A stretch of 63,885 bases of DNA, the filler included, from Octopus bimaculoides (lineage: Eukaryota): NCBI RefSeq assembly GCF_001194135.2. It is 7 parts of 6 records of this genome, joined end to end, with 100 filler letters (N's around TTAATTAATTAA, not from the genome) between each part and the next. Parts side by side here need not be neighbours in the genome. Positions count along the whole stretch, not along the records: positions 1 to 13,701 come from NC_068997.1; positions 13,802 to 20,551 come from NC_068987.1; positions 20,652 to 33,567 come from NC_068997.1; 4 more parts are not named here. The stretch is one strand, 5' to 3'. The translations under genes were made by a program, and so were the position numbers. Positions 10,680 to 22,041 of the stretch are shown here, piece after piece. Each line of letters starts with the position of its first letter. The first letter of the stretch is position 1. Under the pieces are notes generated by a model. That model was not told the origin of the DNA. It worked only from the letters and a program-made list of their open reading frames with translations, and made no database searches.

Positions 10680-12773
10680 GCAATGTATGAAGCAACAAAG
10701 TTAGTTTACATAATATAGAAGAGTAGAGACGGCTTACAAGAATCTGATCTCCGACTAACATAACTGAAGGTTAACTCTATGCTTACAAAAAATAAATTCA
10801 CAGGAAAGCAAGTCAGTATAATGAATATTTGTAAAACAACAGAAAATAGTTGTATTAAATAGAAGATAACAAATCGAAGAAAAAGATCCTATGGTCTTCA
10901 AACGAAACCTAAATAAATTTCTTCAAGAGATACCAGATTAGCCACCTATACCCGGATACATCTCAGCCAACAACTTACTACTTGAATGGGCCATAATACC
11001 ACAAAATTTGACTTTAAAATGACTTAACAGATCCTCTCAGGTGGTGCTATTAAGCTAGACATGGTCTGGGACAATCTTTGGCCGAAACACATCTAAGTTA
11101 TCTAACACATTGATTAGAGTTGCACGAGCAATGTTAAAGGCCAGTAAAGCATAGTGCTAAATGTGACAGTTGTAAAACTGAAACTGTAAAGCTATTTGAT
11201 GGTGATGGTTTAATACATGTCTAAGAGTGTATCCAACATTTTTATGTGGTATCCGCACGATATCTATAACAGACAATTGGATGAGAATTTTTGTTAATAT
11301 TCTGGGTACCTTTAAGGAGAAAATTAGTTCTGAGGTCTATCGTGATGTGCCTCACAGCAAAACAATATGAATGTTGGTTAGGGCAAATAAAAGCTTTTAA
11401 AATATGGATGTATTGCAGAAATATAAAAAAGACTTCCGAATTTAATTGTCTTTTTCAATAGAGTTTATATAAAAATACCAGATTTGTTCATTCCAGTCTT
11501 AGCAGCAATGTAAGTCAATTAAGGATGCTGGGATAACAAAATCAAAGTAAAAATGCAAAAACAAAAGTTGTTTAGGGCTACAATTGTTGTCATTGAGAAG
11601 GGGTTGACACTAACGCTTGTGTTGAGTAACTAAGTTCAGCTCGTACGAAAATGTTTGTGGGGGATTAGAACTAAATCTGTTTTTATTGGAGCGAATTAGT
11701 AGTAACAACTTGCATTATGCTATCTTGTTACAAAGCCACATCTTTTATTGGAATAATGCTTTGGCGAAGAATACATACTGCAAAATCTCCATGTTACTTC
11801 AGTAACATACATGACTCGCATTTTAAATCTTCATTTTTAAGAGGAAATATACTAGAAACTGAAGTTATTCAAGGAAGAGAACATAAACTTGAGTAAACAT
11901 TTTATTATTAATTGTGAATTCTACAACTAACAAGATACTTAATTCGTTGAAATGTGTTTGAATTAATGCCATAGAAACAGAAATGTTTGTAATGATGCTG
12001 CATAAAATGTGACAAGAATGATTATACATTACAGTTACAAAGAAGAGGCATTGAACTTATTAACTCCAACTTTAAACGGAAGAGGTTATTAACCTTCAGC
12101 AGAAAAGTTTCCCTTTCAACTAATTGTCATAGTGTGTGATGAGCATTCATGAAAAACAAAAATCAAAAAAGTACCACTTCCATTAAGGCCTGCAGAGGTA
12201 GTATGATTGAAGAGATATCGATTTTGCTAATCACTAACTTGAATCTTATTAGCATTTTGCGCTTGGAAACACATCAAAAGTACAGGTTGGCTAAAATTAA
12301 TTCTGATTTAGCTCTTTTCTCTGTTATGATTTCTCTAAATTAATTCAGCTCTTCTTGCCATAAAAATAACACCCTCGATCTCATCAACAACATTTTATAG
12401 TTGAAACATGCCAATCTAGACAAGTTCCAATAAAAGGCAATCTGGAATCATAAAACTTTTATACTGATGGATCAGATCTCAGAGAAGCCAATGATTTCCA
12501 GTTTGCGTATAATTCAATCATGTTCAGCTCACTTAGCACAAAATCCCAAAACTGCTGTTATTACTGAAGTAAATCATCTTAAATCTGCTGCATTTCGAAG
12601 CTACTTGACCATTAAATACCAGAGGAAACAGTCTGTTACACGCGCGCGCGCGCATTGACATAAATATACCCACACCTAAGTATGTGTATATACTTGTATA
12701 TAGATGTGTATATACACATGCATATATACACTTATATACATACATATAAGTGGTATACATACACACACATACA

Positions 12774-12815
<42 letters not shown>

Positions 12816-13151
12816 GTAGAGTCTCTCTAACGAAATCGTAATCTACTTTGCACAATAAGCATCACTCTAAATCAAGATGGAAAGCTATTTATATGAAATA
12901 GTAAAACATTCGTGATAGAGTAGACATAACTGAAATTTAATTCAATTTAACAACTCAAGTAGAATCATTTTGAATTTGTAAAAATTGTTTCCTGAACTTG
13001 AGAAAAACAGTAAATTTCCTACAAGAAAAAATTTTTAAATGTTTTCTTTTTCGTGTATATTCTCCGAAACTTAATCAATACTATAATATTCTTTGGTCGA
13101 CCCACTGATTTTGTTAAACCGCTATTCCCTGCCATATCTATCTATCTGTCG

Positions 13152-13183
<32 letters not shown>

Positions 13184-13189
13184 ATATTA

Positions 13190-13400
13190 CTTGTTTCAGT
13201 CATTAGACTGCAGGCATGCTGGGACACCGACTCGACGTATTTTGGTCGAATGAATCGTCCCCAGTACATTTTAAACCTGGTCCTCATTCTATTGATCTCT
13301 TTTGCCTAACTGCTAAATTACTGGGACGTAACACTGCAACACCGGTTGTCAAGCGATGGAAGAAGACAAACACAGACACACACACATACACACACACACA
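13190..13400 (-). mobile_element. SINE copy (second octopod-type family)
   Basis: TTTCAGTCATTAGACTGCAGGCATGCTGG...GGTTGTCAAGCG, similar to copies near 27970-28370, 31325, 54370, 55005 and 59170. Confidence 0.7.
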
Positions 13401-13423
13401 CATACATACATACAATATGTATG

Positions 13424-13464
<41 letters not shown>

Positions 13465-13745
13465 CGGAGATGTACTTGCATAGCAAGTGACCTGATCTGA
13501 GATTGTGTGTTGAAACAAAAACAGTTGCAGCGTGGAAGGTGTTTATAAACCATTTAAAAACACACAAACACCGTTAGATTCACTTCAACATTTAAATTTA
13601 ATTTTTCAAAATATTTCCGTCGCTTTGAAACCGCGACCTGTACCCTGACAAAATTCCGTGCTGCATCTCTGTGATGCGGCACGGAATATTCTTTCAAAGT
13701 TNNNNNNNNNNNNNNNNNNNNNNNNNNNNNNNNNNNNNNNNNNNN

Positions 13746-13757
13746 TTAATTAATTAA
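13746..13757. other. Artificial TTAATTAATTAA linker inside N gaps (also 20596, 33612, 42811, 54167, 59621)
   Basis: Identical 12-mer with stops in all six frames, always flanked by runs of about 44 N. Confidence 0.95.
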
Positions 13758-16178
13758 NNNNNNNNNNNNNNNNNNNNNNNNNNNNNNNNNNNNNNNNNNN
13801 NTTTTCAGAACACTCCAAAAATATAATAGTGCAAACAGATGTTTTGGATAAAAAATTCAAACTTACCGCCAGGCTGTTCCAAGAATTATGGCTAATTATA
13901 GCAGTTCCTGAGAACTGCTTTAGTTCCGATCAAAAAGTAGAACCAGCTTAGCAACAATTCTACACTAACAAAGAGATAGAAAGGTGGGGTCATGCTATTA
14001 TCACAACGCATGACTTCCTATGATAAATTTGTGGAATCACTGACATAGAGAGGAAGGGGGTACAAAATATATATGCTATCGGTCTTAGCATATCTTTTGA
14101 CAGGTCACTAAGAGAGAGAGGAAGGAAGGACAAACTAACATAGATAGGGAGTTAGGGAGTGTCTATATGCGGGATCCTTAAATGTATGCCTTGTCAAAGC
14201 AAAAGTACTAGTCACTGAGAGAGAGGAAGGGGAGACAGAATATTTCGAAAACAACTGAACGAATTTTTCTTTGCAAGAAAGTAACTATTTTATCTAATTT
14301 TCCGATGATATGGATAAGGTCATGCGGTGCATAGCTTGCATGTCTGAGTGCACGCCTCTGAACAGCTTGACAGGAGCTGGCAAGGCCAGGGCCCATACCA
14401 GGTCCCATAGTCTGTTTTAGCTTGGTTTCTACAGCTGGATGCCACCCTTCCTAATGCCAACCACTTTACAGAGTGTACTGGCTGCTTTTTATGTGGTGCC
14501 ATCACTTTGGTTTTAGGATATCAATTTTGTTGTGGTTAGTAATTTTCTTGAGTACAGCAATGTGCCACTATAAAAATATCTTGTTTTTGCTATGTATATC
14601 AGTGAAGGTGGAGTCATGATGTTAGGTGACTCCTCACTGAAAATCTTTAGAAGAAATGGTTTGTCTACAGTTTGGTGATTAGTTGGATGTTATGGCATAT
14701 CTCACAGAAGGATCACATAGATGGTTTCCATTTCAACCAGTTATAGTTTACACTTGATATAATATTTGTGGTGAGGGTAAACTCAAAGTGGTTAGTGATA
14801 TGGAATTGTGATTAAGGTCCAGTTATGAGCATGCAAAAGGAGATAAAGGGACAAGTGCAGCATATAGAATGGGAGCTTTAAAAAGTGCTGGGATGTTTAT
14901 TACAAGGAGAAGGAAGCTTCTATAATGGGGTCACAAAGTTTTTGTCTCTTTTGAAAGACATGAGAGGAGGATTGGCAAAGGTAAGAGTGGTTAGGGGCTC
15001 AGAGAAAAGGTACTGAAAGTTGGAGAAAATAGTTTAACCCATTTTGGCACCGTGTTTCTATTGAAATACTATGCTTCTGTTTCAATTATTTTTTTAAATA
15101 ACAAAGAATTTAATTAATTATTAAACTGGTGTTTGGAGCATGAATTAGCATGAAATTTTGATGGTAGATTTTAACTATAATCTGTTTGTATCATAGAATT
15201 AAGGCAGCTTCAGATGGGTTTGTTTCAAAAGGGTTATTGAAGTGGCTGGGCAGATGAGTGAAAGGTGGTAGAAAATAGGTGTGTGTGTTTGAGTTTGGAG
15301 TGATGATTTCTGACACTGGCCTAGTATTGATGAAGTGAACTGTGATTAAGTACAAGTAACTGAATATGAGGAAGAACTGGAACTCGGAGTTGGAAAGAAA
15401 ATTCAAATTTTTATTGTTGGAGTTGAAGTGTGTGTAGGGTGAGAGGACAAAAAGTTGAGGTAGGAGTCAGTAGAAATGTAAAGGTTATCAATGTTGATGT
15501 TCAGAAAGGTAATTCAAATGTTGAAGATGATAAATTCAAAAGCAGGTGGAAAGTGTTGAAAGAAATGAAAGGTACATAAAAGGCTGTGGTTCTGTCGACA
15601 TTATCAGTGTTCATGTTATAGTTAATAATTGTGAATAACCACTGAAGTTAATTCTGAAATAGTCTACTTCCATTTACCCTACATTGGCAATGTCAAGTGT
15701 TCCAATCTTACATGTGATTCTATTCAATGAGTATCCTTCTCTAAAATGCTTTTTAAGCCTTTAACTGTGAAATTAAAATTTCCATGTTTATTCCAGTAAC
15801 CATGTTAGATATCTACCAAAAAATAGAATTGGTATTGTCAGAAAGTCGTGTTGTCCCAATAAACTTGACATGTCTCAACAAAAAAATAGTTTTAAACATG
15901 ACATTATTCAGCAAAAGATAGATTGGTATATCGGTATATAAAACTGCTTTCCATAGTTAAGGGTAATGAAATTTTAAGTGAATATATCTGGTTCTGTTTC
16001 AATGCTAGCTTAGGTTCTAAGCTAATCTTTTTAAGCTGATTAAACACTGAGATTATGGAGTTAATAGGTTAAACTAATGACTATGTAGTTATAACCCCAA
16101 ATTGGGTTACAGATCTACTTTGATTAAGAAGGTGGAAGAGTTTAACAGTATGGTCTATCTTTGTTAATTACCTTCTAA

Positions 16179-17877
16179 TCTTAATATATAAATCTGAAAT
16201 TGTGTGTTTGTGTGAAACCTTTTTGAAAGTTTATAGAAATCCACATTTTCCACTTTTTCGTAAAAATGTTTACATCAATGGAATTTTCTCGATCTGAACT
16301 TTCCAGTGCAGTAATTAGATTTTTAAAATTCCGTTTACTTTGTGTGATTTAAGGGAGATTTGGCTGTCGTTTCTAGCAACATTTATATTCCTTCCCTTCT
16401 CCCTGTACCGGCGTTGTTATAGGGAGTAAGAGTAGGAGAGGGAGAGAGAGAGAAAGTGATACATACAAAGTCATAGATTAACTTGGTTACATTTTACACT
16501 CTTACTTCTTCTTCCTCTCTCTAATATAATACCTTTCCTCTACCTCTAACATATTTTTCATAANNNNNNNNNNNNNNNNNNNNNNNNNNNNNNNNNNNNN
16601 NNNNNNNNNNNNNNNNNNNNNNNNNNNNNNNNNNNNNNNNNNNNNNNNNNNNNNNNNNNNNNNNNNNNNNNNNNNNNNNNNNNNNNNNNNNNNNNNNNNN
16701 NNNNNNNNNNNNNNNNNNNNNNNNNNNNNNNNNNNNNNNNNNNNNNNNNNNNNNNNNNNNNNNNNNNNNNNNNNNNNNNNNNNNNNNNNNNNNNNNNNNN
16801 NNNNNNNNNNNNNNNNNNNNNNNNNNNNNNNNNNNNNNNNNNNNNNNNNNNNNNNNNNNNNNNNNNNNNNNNNNNNNNNNNNNNNNNNNNNNNNNNNNNN
16901 NNNNNNNNNNNNNNNNNNNNNNNNNNNNNNNNNNNNNNNNNNNNNNNNNNNNNNNNNNNNNNNNNNNNNNNNNNNNNNNNNNNNNNNNNNNNNNNNNNNN
17001 NNNNNNNNNNNNNNNNNNNNNNNNNNNNNNNNNNNNNNNNNNNNNNNNNNNNNNNNNNNNNNNNNNNNNNNNNNNNNNNNNNNNNNNNNNNNNNNNNNNN
17101 NNNNNNNNNNNNNNNNNNNNNNNNNNNNNNNNNNNNNNNNNNNNNNNNNNNNNNNNNNNNNNNNNNNNNNNNNNNNNNNNNNNNNNNNNNNNNNNNNNNN
17201 NNNNNNNNNNNNNNNNNNNNNNNNNNNNNNNNNNNNNNNNNNNNNNNNNNNNNNNNNNNNNNNNNNNNNNNNNNNNNNNNNNNNNNNNNNNNNNNNNNNN
17301 NNNCAGATATGTGAAAAGTACAGACCCTGCCATCTATTATAACTTTTGTTGTTCTGTTTAATATATACATAGATTATGCCTCCAAAGAAGAGAGTTTGCT
17401 AGGGAAAGAAAGCAACCAGTTTAAAATGACAGCAACAGACTGCAGCAATTCACCACATTCCAGAAGCTACTTTGAACATAATGCAAAATGGTGCATCAAC
17501 ATCTTCTGCCTAATCTGATAGAATTCTGGCAAAACTGTGTAGCAACAGATCGCCAGCAATTGCTTCATCAGAAATTGCCATCCTACCTCCTACTAAAAGG
17601 GATTACTCTGCTATATATATAATCAGGGCAGCGCAAAAAGTTGTTTTGCACAAGCATTTCTGCAGCCATTTAGACAGATGAAATATACGTATGCGTAATA
17701 ACGTTACGCCTTCAGACTTTCCCTATTAATTTCATCGTCTTTTGAATTATGAACATATTTACATCATACGGGTTTTTCCGTTGTAAGGCTTTCTTTTTTA
17801 GTTGATTTTCACCTAGCAAGACTTATCGTAGAAGGCGTAATAAGTCACACCCAGACAAGGTCGGGTTATACTGCTAG
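16179..17877 (+). mobile_element. Non-autonomous Helitron (spans an N gap)
   Basis: 5' A|TC followed by ATATATAAATCTGAAATTGTGTG; 3' hairpin CCCAGACAAGGTCGGG (17850-17865) then CTAG|T (17874-17877); internal MPPKKRVC*GKK fragment resembling a Rep/Hel N-terminus. Confidence 0.7.
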
Positions 17878-18063
17878 TTATTCTATAAAATCAAATATAG
17901 AACTTGAAAGTGACACTAATCTAACAAATGTTAGCAATGTCCAAGTCAACTATTTAAAATTTTACCTCATGATGATGATGATAGGTCGCATTGTGATGTA
18001 ATTTTTTATGATTTCATTAAATAAAATTCTATTGAAATAGCTGTCATAAATTTTAAACTCCAT

Positions 18064-18105
18064 ATGTTTACTATTTTATTCCTACATCGAATAAAGGATC
18101 CAGTG
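18064..18105 (+). CDS. Candidate exon A (MFTILFLHRIKDPV) of an unidentified spliced transcript
   Basis: GTG|GTGAGT donor, phase 0; splices in frame to 18352. Confidence 0.3.
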
Positions 18106-18351
18106 GTGAGTTGGATCAATGATTACAAATTGGATTTGGTACTTGCATATATACAGTTTCCTGCTAGACTTAAAATCTACACTGTTTTAATTCACCATGA
18201 GTTCTGTGTGTTTGTACCTAGTCATTTTCTAATGTTTTACATGTTGATGTGCCTTGATTCTTGAAGAACTCTTATAACTAATTTACATATATCAATGTCA
18301 TGTGTGTATGTATATATATTTTGTAGTTGTTGGTTATGGCTGGTGTTTCAG

Positions 18352-18408
18352 GAGTTTTTTCACTGCCATGCTGACGAAGACTGTATTGCTACCTCCATTA
18401 ATAAAGAG
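18352..18408 (+). CDS. Candidate exon B (EFFHCHADEDCIATSINKE)
   Basis: TTTCAG acceptor, GAG|GTTATG donor (weak), phase 0/0. Confidence 0.3.
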
Positions 18409-18490
18409 GTTATGTGCTTTCAGCCAGCAGTCACCTATATTACTAAGGGCTAATAATTGACAGGAAATCAATGGTAACTTTCTCATTTCT

Positions 18491-18709
18491 TTATTGCCCA
18501 CAAGAGGCTAAACATAGAGGGGACAAACAAGGACAGACAAAGGGATTAAGTCGATTACATCGACCCAGTGCATAACTGCTATTTAATTTATCGTCCCTGA
18601 AAGGATGAAAGGCAAAGTCGACCTCGGCGAACTCAGAATGTAATGGCAGACGAAATATGGCTAAGCATTTCACCCGGCGTGCTAACATTTCTGCCAGCTG
18701 ACCGCCTTA
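18491..18709 (-). mobile_element. tRNA-derived SINE
   Basis: Reverse complement has an AGGCGGTCAGCTGGCAGAAATGTTAGCACGCCGGG head, B-box-like TTCTGAGTTCGCCGAGGTCGAC and family tail. Confidence 0.88.
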
Positions 18710-19108
18710 ACTAATGGTAACTTTCTGACTGGCCATAATCAATGACTACAAAAAATGCTTTTTAGAGTGTGGGATTTTTTTTTCGAACTTATGAACAACT
18801 GACCAGTGCCATTCATTTCCAAACTCCTATAAAAAAAAAATGTGCAACCTTGGAAAGATATTATCTTGTATGGAAACAGGTGTGTGTTGGTGGCACAAAG
18901 AGCATCTGGCTATAGAAAATCTCATCATCATCATTTCACATCCACTCTCCATGCTGGTTTGGGTTAGACAGTTTGACTGATGGTGATAAGCCAAAGATCT
19001 GCACCAAGTTCCAGTCTGATTTGGCATGGTTTCTATGGCTGGATACCCTTCCTAAAGCCAACTAGTCTATGAGTGTAAGGGATGATTTTACATGCCACCA
19101 GCATGGGT

Positions 19109-19338
19109 GCCATTTACATGACACCAGCAATGATCATGACTATGATTCATTGGTGCCATTTACATGGCATTGGCAGCAACCATGACTACAATTCGTGGGT
19201 GACATTTACATGGCACTAGCAGCGACCATGACTATGATTCATGGATGCCATTTACATGGTACTGGCAATGGCCATGACTATGATTCACAGGTGCTACTTA
19301 CATCACACTGGCAATGGCCAAAATTATGATTTCATTTG
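19109..19338. repeat. 46-bp minisatellite, about 5 diverged units, within a retroposon-derived segment (about 18920-19440)
   Basis: Units GCCATTTACATG.CAC..GCA..G.CCATGACTATGATTCA..GGT repeat at 46-nt spacing. Confidence 0.85.
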
Positions 19339-19709
19339 GCCTGACGAGTTTTCTATGCACAACATATCTTATCATCTCCATGGTGAGGCCCAACATTTGA
19401 AGAAATCTGCCTTAACAAATTCCTTCTAACCCATACAAGCACAGAAAAAGGAAGTTAAAATGGTGAGGGTGACATAATTGTCTTAAAGAAGTAAATATCA
19501 AAATTTTGCTATACATTTCTTGACCCTGTTAAACATCAAATGACCATATTCAACCTCTGAATTAGATATGTCTTTTTGAACATAAAAGAGCACAATATTT
19601 ATCTAATTACCTTCTCACCTCAAGCCTTGACCATTATACTATTGTTGCTTTAACATTATCACTACCAATAGTTACAAAATATATTTTAACAATACTTTAT
19701 ATTCCACAG

Positions 19710-19784
19710 GGACGTCTTTTGACCAGTCAAGCTGCAGCAGTACATGATGTGGACACATCTAGCTCTCTACAACCAGTTACCAAG
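19710..19784 (+). CDS. Candidate exon C (GRLLTSQAAAVHDVDTSSSLQPVTK)
   Basis: TTCCACAG acceptor, AAG|GTAGGT donor, 75 nt; only one frame is stop-free; GC-richer than the flanks. Confidence 0.5.
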
Positions 19785-21228
19785 GTAGGTTGGCTTAGCT
19801 ACGTAGTTGATATTAAGGAATTACGCATATAAGCGTGAAGGTAAATATCGTTTTCTTTTAAATGTATATTTGAAATTAATAAAATTTGGTTTTTATGTGG
19901 TTTGATATGGAGAATGAGTTTGTTTCCATAGCATTTTGAGGTACTTCACTGTCTATTGATATTTCATCAACTACTGTACCATATATTGTGGTAACTCTCT
20001 CATTGTACTGTGAATCTGCTACCTCATTAACAATACATTACTAATACTCAAATTTATAAACAAGAGACTATCTGCTTTTGATGCTTAAAATTTTACATTA
20101 CAATCTCTTATATCCTTTGCCTGATAAATCCATAACTTCAAACTTATGTAAATAAAAAAAATAGTTATTAATAAGTTTTTTGTAAATATACTTATTTGTT
20201 ACTGTGAAATGGTTTCTGTGTTGAAGCTCACTTAAAATATTCCAGTGTGGTGAAAGGCAACAAATTGGACTGTTATATAAATATCATGGCCAATTTTATC
20301 ATTGTTACATTGTTATAAGTTATACAAGATTTGTTACTGTAGTTTCACTTGCATAACATTGAATAAAATTGCATCCAAAGATTTGGTTTCCTTTTTAGAA
20401 CCAGGAATTACTTTCTGTTGTTGAACTTCTATAAGGACAGAGATTTTGCTGCACACACTACCAATCTACATCACATCCAAAAACAAAACCTAAAATGATG
20501 ATGATACATGTGTGTGTGCATACCTATAATATATATATATATATATATATANNNNNNNNNNNNNNNNNNNNNNNNNNNNNNNNNNNNNNNNNNNNTTAAT
20601 TAATTAANNNNNNNNNNNNNNNNNNNNNNNNNNNNNNNNNNNNNNNNNNNNATATATATATATATATATACTCGTCTATATGTGTGTGTTTGTGTGTAAG
20701 GATGTATGCATCATTGTGTGCGTCAATCAATGTATCTGCGTATGTATGTCCATGAGTATATGTGTGTGTAGATGTGAATGCAAACGTGTGTGTGTGTGTG
20801 TGTATAAGCATGTGTGTATGACAATTTTTGTCTACGAGTGTGTATGTGCGTGTATGACTATGATTGTATTGTTTGTATATATCTTTATCTTTGTGTATGT
20901 ATGTAAATATTGTGAAAGTGCATAGCTTAGGAGTTAGCATATTCGACTCACGATCGTTAAGTCGTGAGTTCGATTCCTGGCGGCGCGCTGTGTCCTTCGG
21001 TAACATACATGATTTTACGTTGCCCCAGAATCTAACTGGTACCTATTTTGCCAAACCTTAAAGGACGAAAAGCAATGTCGACCTGGGCGGAATTTGAACT
21101 TAGAACGTAGAGAAGGGCAAAATGCCGGTAAACCTTTTGCCCCGAGGGCAAACGATTCTGTCAGCCAACTCGCAGGCCTAACTGCCTGATATAATCATTC
21201 TGTGTATATGTATTCCACTATTCTGACC

Positions 21229-21298
<70 letters not shown>

Positions 21299-21956
21299 NN
21301 NNNNNNNNNNNNNNNNNNNNNNNNNNNNNNNNNNNNNNNNNNNNNNNNNNNNNNNNNNNNNNNNNNNNNNNNNNNNNNNNNNNNNNNNNNNNNNNNNNNN
21401 NNNNNNNNNNNNNNNNNNNNNNNNNNNNNNNNNNNNNNNNNNNNNNNNNNNNNNNNNNNNNNNNNNNNNNNNNNNNNNNNNNNNNNNNNNNNNNNNNNNN
21501 NNNNNNNNNNNNNNNNNNNNNNNNNNNNNNNNNNNNNNNNNNNNNNNNNNNNNNNNNNNNNNNNNNNNNNNNNNNNNNNNNNNNNNNNNNNNNNNNNNNN
21601 NNNNNNNNNNNNNNNNNNNNNNNNNNNNNNNNNNNNNNNNNNNNNNNNNNNNNNNNNNNNNNNNNNNNNNNNNNNNNNNNNNNNNNNNNNNNNNNNNNNN
21701 NNNNNNNNNNNNNNNNNNNNNNNNNNNNNNNNNNNNNNNNNNNNNNNNNNNNNNNNNNNNNNNNNNNNNNNNNNNNNNNNNNNNNNNNNNNNNNNNNNNN
21801 NNNNNNNNNNNNNNNNNNNNNNNNNNNNNNNNNNNNNNNNNNNNNNNNNNNNNGCTATACTTTCCCAAGCGTCAAAAATTAACTGCGAACACATTCAGCT
21901 GTTGACTACAGTATCTTTCATTTTGATCATTATTAAGAGGGTGTTACTTGTAACGT

Positions 21957-22030
21957 GGCCGGTTAGCTCAGTTGGTTAGAGCGTCGTGCTAATAACGCGA
22001 ATGTCGTGGGTTCGAGCCCCATACTGGCCA
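21957..22030 (+). tRNA. trnI-AAT: tRNA-Ile (anticodon AAT)
   Basis: Full cloverleaf: acceptor GGCCGGT/ACTGGCC plus A73, D arm GCTC/GAGC, anticodon stem TCGTG/CGCGA with loop CTAATAA, T arm GTGGG-TTCGAGC-CCCAT. Confidence 0.95.
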
Positions 22031-22034
22031 GCAA

Positions 22035-22041
22035 TTTTTTT
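22035..22041 (+). terminator. RNA polymerase III T7 terminator of tRNA-Ile
   Basis: TTTTTTT beginning 5 nt after the tRNA 3' end. Confidence 0.8.

Noticed and set aside
21901-21913. GTTGACTACAGTA shared between the tRNA upstream region and 62111-62123
   Set aside because: Exact 13-mer matches are expected by chance in 64 kb, and the flanks do not align.
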